This document shows positions 60,147 to 64,000 of a stretch of DNA of 64,000 nucleotides, one piece after another. Made by a program: the position numbers and the translations under genes. The DNA comes from Perna viridis (taxonomy: Eukaryota), in assembly GCA_037379345.1 (NCBI GenBank), contig CM074511.1:2852001-2916000 (forward strand). The letters run 5' to 3'. The notes below the pieces were generated by a model. That model made no database searches. It worked only from the letters and a program-made list of their open reading frames with translations, and was not told the DNA's origin. Each line of letters opens with the position of its first letter. Position 1 is the first letter of the stretch.

Positions 60147-60250
60147 AGTGAATTACCAAAATATTATCATGAGTGTCGAGAACTTTTTCCGTGCACGAGT
60201 TAAATTCTCAAGCGTTCTCAGCATGAGTGATAATATTTTAGTTATTCACT
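60147..60250. repeat. Imperfect palindrome
   Basis: agtgaattaccaaaatattatca pairs with tgataatattttagttattcact. Confidence 0.7.
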
Positions 60251-61751
60251 ATAACCAACTGATTATCCTATTTATTATATAGATTTTCTTCATAATTTAT
60301 CAATATTTTCAGTATGAACTTTGAATTCTGTGATTGGCGGATTGATACTAAAGTTGTGACAAGAGTCCTGAAAAATTACTGAATTTATTTCAGAGTGTTA
60401 ATTATCAAAATTTATTATACTGGGAATATTCAATAAAACACTGTTGTCTATATAATAAAGTATTGTACCATACACCTAATTTTATAAGTTTCCACGAAAT
60501 GACAACTGTTATACAGATTATTAATCAGGTTCATCAACATTAAAAGAACATATGCATCAGTAACCATAGTAACCATAAAAAACATAGCACCATAGAATAC
60601 AGTATTTATAGATAGAATTAATATAAATAAAACAAGTGTATACATTGTAACATCATAGAATTTGTTTTTAAATGCAAGTTAAACTTTAATTACTTGAGGC
60701 ATAACATGGAACATTTGGTGAAACCCTGTCAGCAATGAACAGCAATGATATTTTCCCCCTAAAAATCAGAAAAAAATAGCAGCATATGATAGCTTTACAT
60801 TGGAGAGCTCGTACCATGGATAACAAGGAAAACAGTAGCCTTCACACAGCAAGATCATTAGAATTAGAGACAAATACATTCTGCCATATCATTTAAAAGG
60901 AAAACACAACATAATTACAAAACAATAACCATAATAAACTGCTTATCTCTCACAATTAAAATTATTCATCATTAGGAGCTATCGTGCTAAGCACACCTAA
61001 CTTATTTTATATCTTGTCAAGAGGGTGTCCAGTGCAATTGATGACAATTTGTCATCAAAAACAGGGATAATTTTACGAGGTCAATAAAAAAAGCAGGAAT
61101 TGGCAAAATCAGAAGTAAAAAAAAGAAAAAAAAAGAATTGTAATGGTAATCCAGATTTGAAATAGTGCAATTCCACTAAAAATGCAGAAAAAAAAAATCA
61201 TCCCTACAACAAACAGCATATCTATTCAAAAGCACAAACCAATTATAAAATCATTCCAGGGAGTGGGGGGGGGAATATGAAGTATACACTTTATTATTTG
61301 AACATATAGAAGAGATGAATGCAGTAGACCACTTCTTACATTGGGGAATGTACAATATCTAGAGAGAACTCTGCACTGAAATCCATTTATCAACATTTAA
61401 AAACCCAATAAATTACTCCTTGGATACAAGCAAAACATCTTTTCATTGATAACTACTTGAACCTGTAAATCACTTACACAATTAAAATAATTTTATTTCT
61501 TCACGCTATTACTTCATGAGCAAAATAATAAAAACAAACAAGCCCTTAAAATGTAACTGATTTATCTAACAAATTACCATTAGAATTTTCTGTATTTACT
61601 CAACTTTTCTTTCTGAAAGTATTGCCCTTTTGCCATACACATTTCAAAACTTATCCCATGTAATTGATTCACAACACAAAGCTGTTGAATATTTCCTGAA
61701 TACTAATAAGTAAGGGTGATTATTCTATGTCTAATTACACCATCATTCTCA

Positions 61752-63814
61752 TCAATAAAGCTGAAATAACAAATCTTCATCCAAGTCATTGTCATCTTCG
61801 TCTTCTTCACTTGTTCCAGCCACAGAAAATTCTAAGTCACTAACATCATCATCGTCCTCTAATTCATCATTTTCATCCTCTTCCTCTTCTCCTTCATTGT
61901 CATTATCACCTTCAAAACAGAAACTAATATTATTGAAATTTTAAGACAGGTATTTTACTTTTTTGACAACCAGAACAAAATGTCCTGCTTTCAGTGATTA
62001 AAATTCAAAACCATGTTTAATAACATCGTATCAGGATCTGATGCTTACTATACAACACAAACAATTGTGTAGTTGCTTATCCTTTTAAACAAATTACCTT
62101 TGCCTATGATTTAAAAAAGCAGGAAATATCATCCATTTTTGAAAATAATATGACAAACTATGGGGATTTAAAATTTAATGCTTTAGTTTACAACATAAGG
62201 GCAAGATATGTTTGTTTGTTTTAATTTGCTTTAAAAGCATTATAATCAAAGAAAAGTTCAATATGCTGTCAAACATATAACTAAACAAAGTAATGAATAT
62301 TCTTTGATCATCTATCACATACCATCATCATCATCATTATCATCTAGTGAGTCCAAATCATCATCATCATCCAAATTTCCTCCATCATCATCATCGTCAT
62401 CATTGTCTTCCATTTCTTCCTCTTCCTCTGTCTGCTACAAGGATGAAACAAAATTATTGTCAATGCTTCCTGCATACATAACTATGAAAACAATAAATGC
62501 ATCATCTCATTGTCATTTAACAATCTCATTACTTTTTTCATCACTATGAACATTTTTAATTTTTTTTTTACCATATCAAAAGGTGAATCCTGGTTCAACA
62601 CTCAGCAGTTAAACAAATTGAAAGATGAATCTCTGTTCAATGTTACATTAGTACATGCATTGTTTCTATTTGGTTACCTGATCATCCTCAGAATCCTTTA
62701 GTTTACCCACTTCATACAATTTACATATAAATTCATCCATTGAGATATCACCAAATTGTTGGGATTGCTGATGAAAATAAAACAATAAAACAAATCAATA
62801 ACATATAAAGTACAACTATAATTCAATTCATTCATTATCTCAATGGAATTGTTGGGGCTATATTAAATTTAGTAAATTTTCTAAAAATAAGAGAAAAAAA
62901 TCTTCACTTGAGTGTAGTTTTTTAATCCTGGCACATTTTTTGGCAATTCTTGTAATTCTGCTTATTTTTTCAATAACACTAGTAATATTGTGAGCTCACA
63001 AAGAATATCCCCTGCTCCAAACTGACTTAAATGTAAACACTTGTTGGATTATCTCCCTTTGGAGTCATCCAACAGTAATTATATTCCCTCATGCATATTA
63101 AATTTAGTAAATTTTCTAAAAATAAGAGAGAAAAAAAATCTTCACTTGAGAGTAGTTTTTTAATCCTGGCACATTTTTTGGCAATTCTTGTAATTCTGCT
63201 TATTTTTTCAATAACACTAGTAATACTGTGAGCTCACAAAGAATATCCCCTGCTCCAAACTGACTTAAATGTAAACACTTGTTGGATTATCTCCCTTTGG
63301 AGTCATCCAACAGTAATTATATTCCCTCATGCATATCTACATATGATGCCCAACATTCCCTTGAAATTTCATTTAAGTCCCTAGAGCAGTCTAGGACGTG
63401 TTGTGCTTACGAGGTTTTAACATGTAATACCCTTATTTTGATCATCTGATGAAGTTATATTCCTTTGTACCCATCTACAGATGATACCTAGCCATCCCAT
63501 AAAATTTCATCGAATTCCCTTAAATGGTTAAGGAGGAGTTGCACTTACAAGAAATGTTGAGAAACGTTATTTGCAGGGTTATAATAATTCATCAACTGAA
63601 AGCATATACCACAATTTTTACCTTTCCATACAGTATTCTGATGTGATGAGTTTCTGTTACAAAACAATGATAACAGAAGAGTTATAAAAGCTACAAATGG
63701 ACATCCCACTCATTAACAGACAGTGTATCAGACTTACTTCTACCAAGGCAATACATGAATCCGTGTTCTCTGTACTTATATCACATATACTCTGAGCTTT
63801 TGTCTCAAATGTTG
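61752..63814 (-). CDS. DCAF1: DDB1- and CUL4-associated factor 1 (VPRBP), last four exons: 63814-63738, 62767-62678, 62434-62323, 61909-61752; the gene continues beyond the window
   Basis: (A)TFETKAQSICDISTENTDSCIALVE/QSQQFGDISMDEFICKLYEVGKLKDSEDDQ resembles, from memory, the end of the DCAF1 WD40 region (ATIDVKRNIFDLCTD...CRLYEVGR). A long D/E tail ends DLDEDLLFQLY*. Splice phases are consistent. Confidence 0.85.
62861..63336. repeat. Near-perfect ~235-bp tandem duplication in a DCAF1 intron
   Basis: 62861-63095 and 63096-63336 are almost identical (tattaaatttagtaaattttc...attccctcatgcatat). Confidence 0.92.
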
Positions 63815-64000
63815 CTGTGAAAAAAAAAAACACAAAAATTACTGATGACACCAGCAGGAATAAGGTATTTTAGTTTAATTAAAGTAACTAAAAGCAGGTA
63901 AACAGATGAACAAAACAATAAAAAGACAACTTCAACTTCCCATACATTGGTTTTAAGTATAAAGTACCGAGAAATGGAGAAATTTATATACAAGTGAGAT

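Noticed and set aside
62304-62549. Plus-strand Ser-rich ORF
   Set aside because: It is the antisense of the Asp/Glu-rich DCAF1 exon.

Overview
This is an AT-rich eukaryotic window, most likely from a bivalve mollusc; that is an inference from the repeat families and gene types. It is not prokaryotic and has no CRISPR array, rRNA or tRNA. I reconstructed five protein-coding loci by hand from splice signals. (1) The 3' part of a Toll-like receptor on +, 1-1581. (2) A giant minus-strand gene whose 15.6-kb T/E/S/K-rich repeat exon appears to splice, through a 29-nt microexon and a GC-AG intron, to a 3-kb coiled-coil exon, giving about 6,238 aa. (3) A 12-exon secreted CBM4_9-like + GH10 endo-xylanase-type gene on -, 43957-29258, 554 aa. 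(4) A 5-exon HMGA-like protein with four AT-hooks and no acidic tail on -, 56795-50214, 95 aa. (5) The last four exons of DCAF1/VPRBP on -, 63814-61752. The most unusual structure is a ~25-copy, ~55-bp array in GH10 intron 1. Its unit is the last ~47 nt of exon 1 plus the GTAAG splice donor, so the intron opens with a ladder of duplicated 5' splice sites behind an in-frame stop. The rest is Penelope-like RT fragments, a TSD-flanked non-autonomous retroelement, MITEs/HINEs, a 3.2-kb TIR-bounded element, long hairpins, minisatellites and local duplications. All exon joins are manual predictions that need transcript confirmation.
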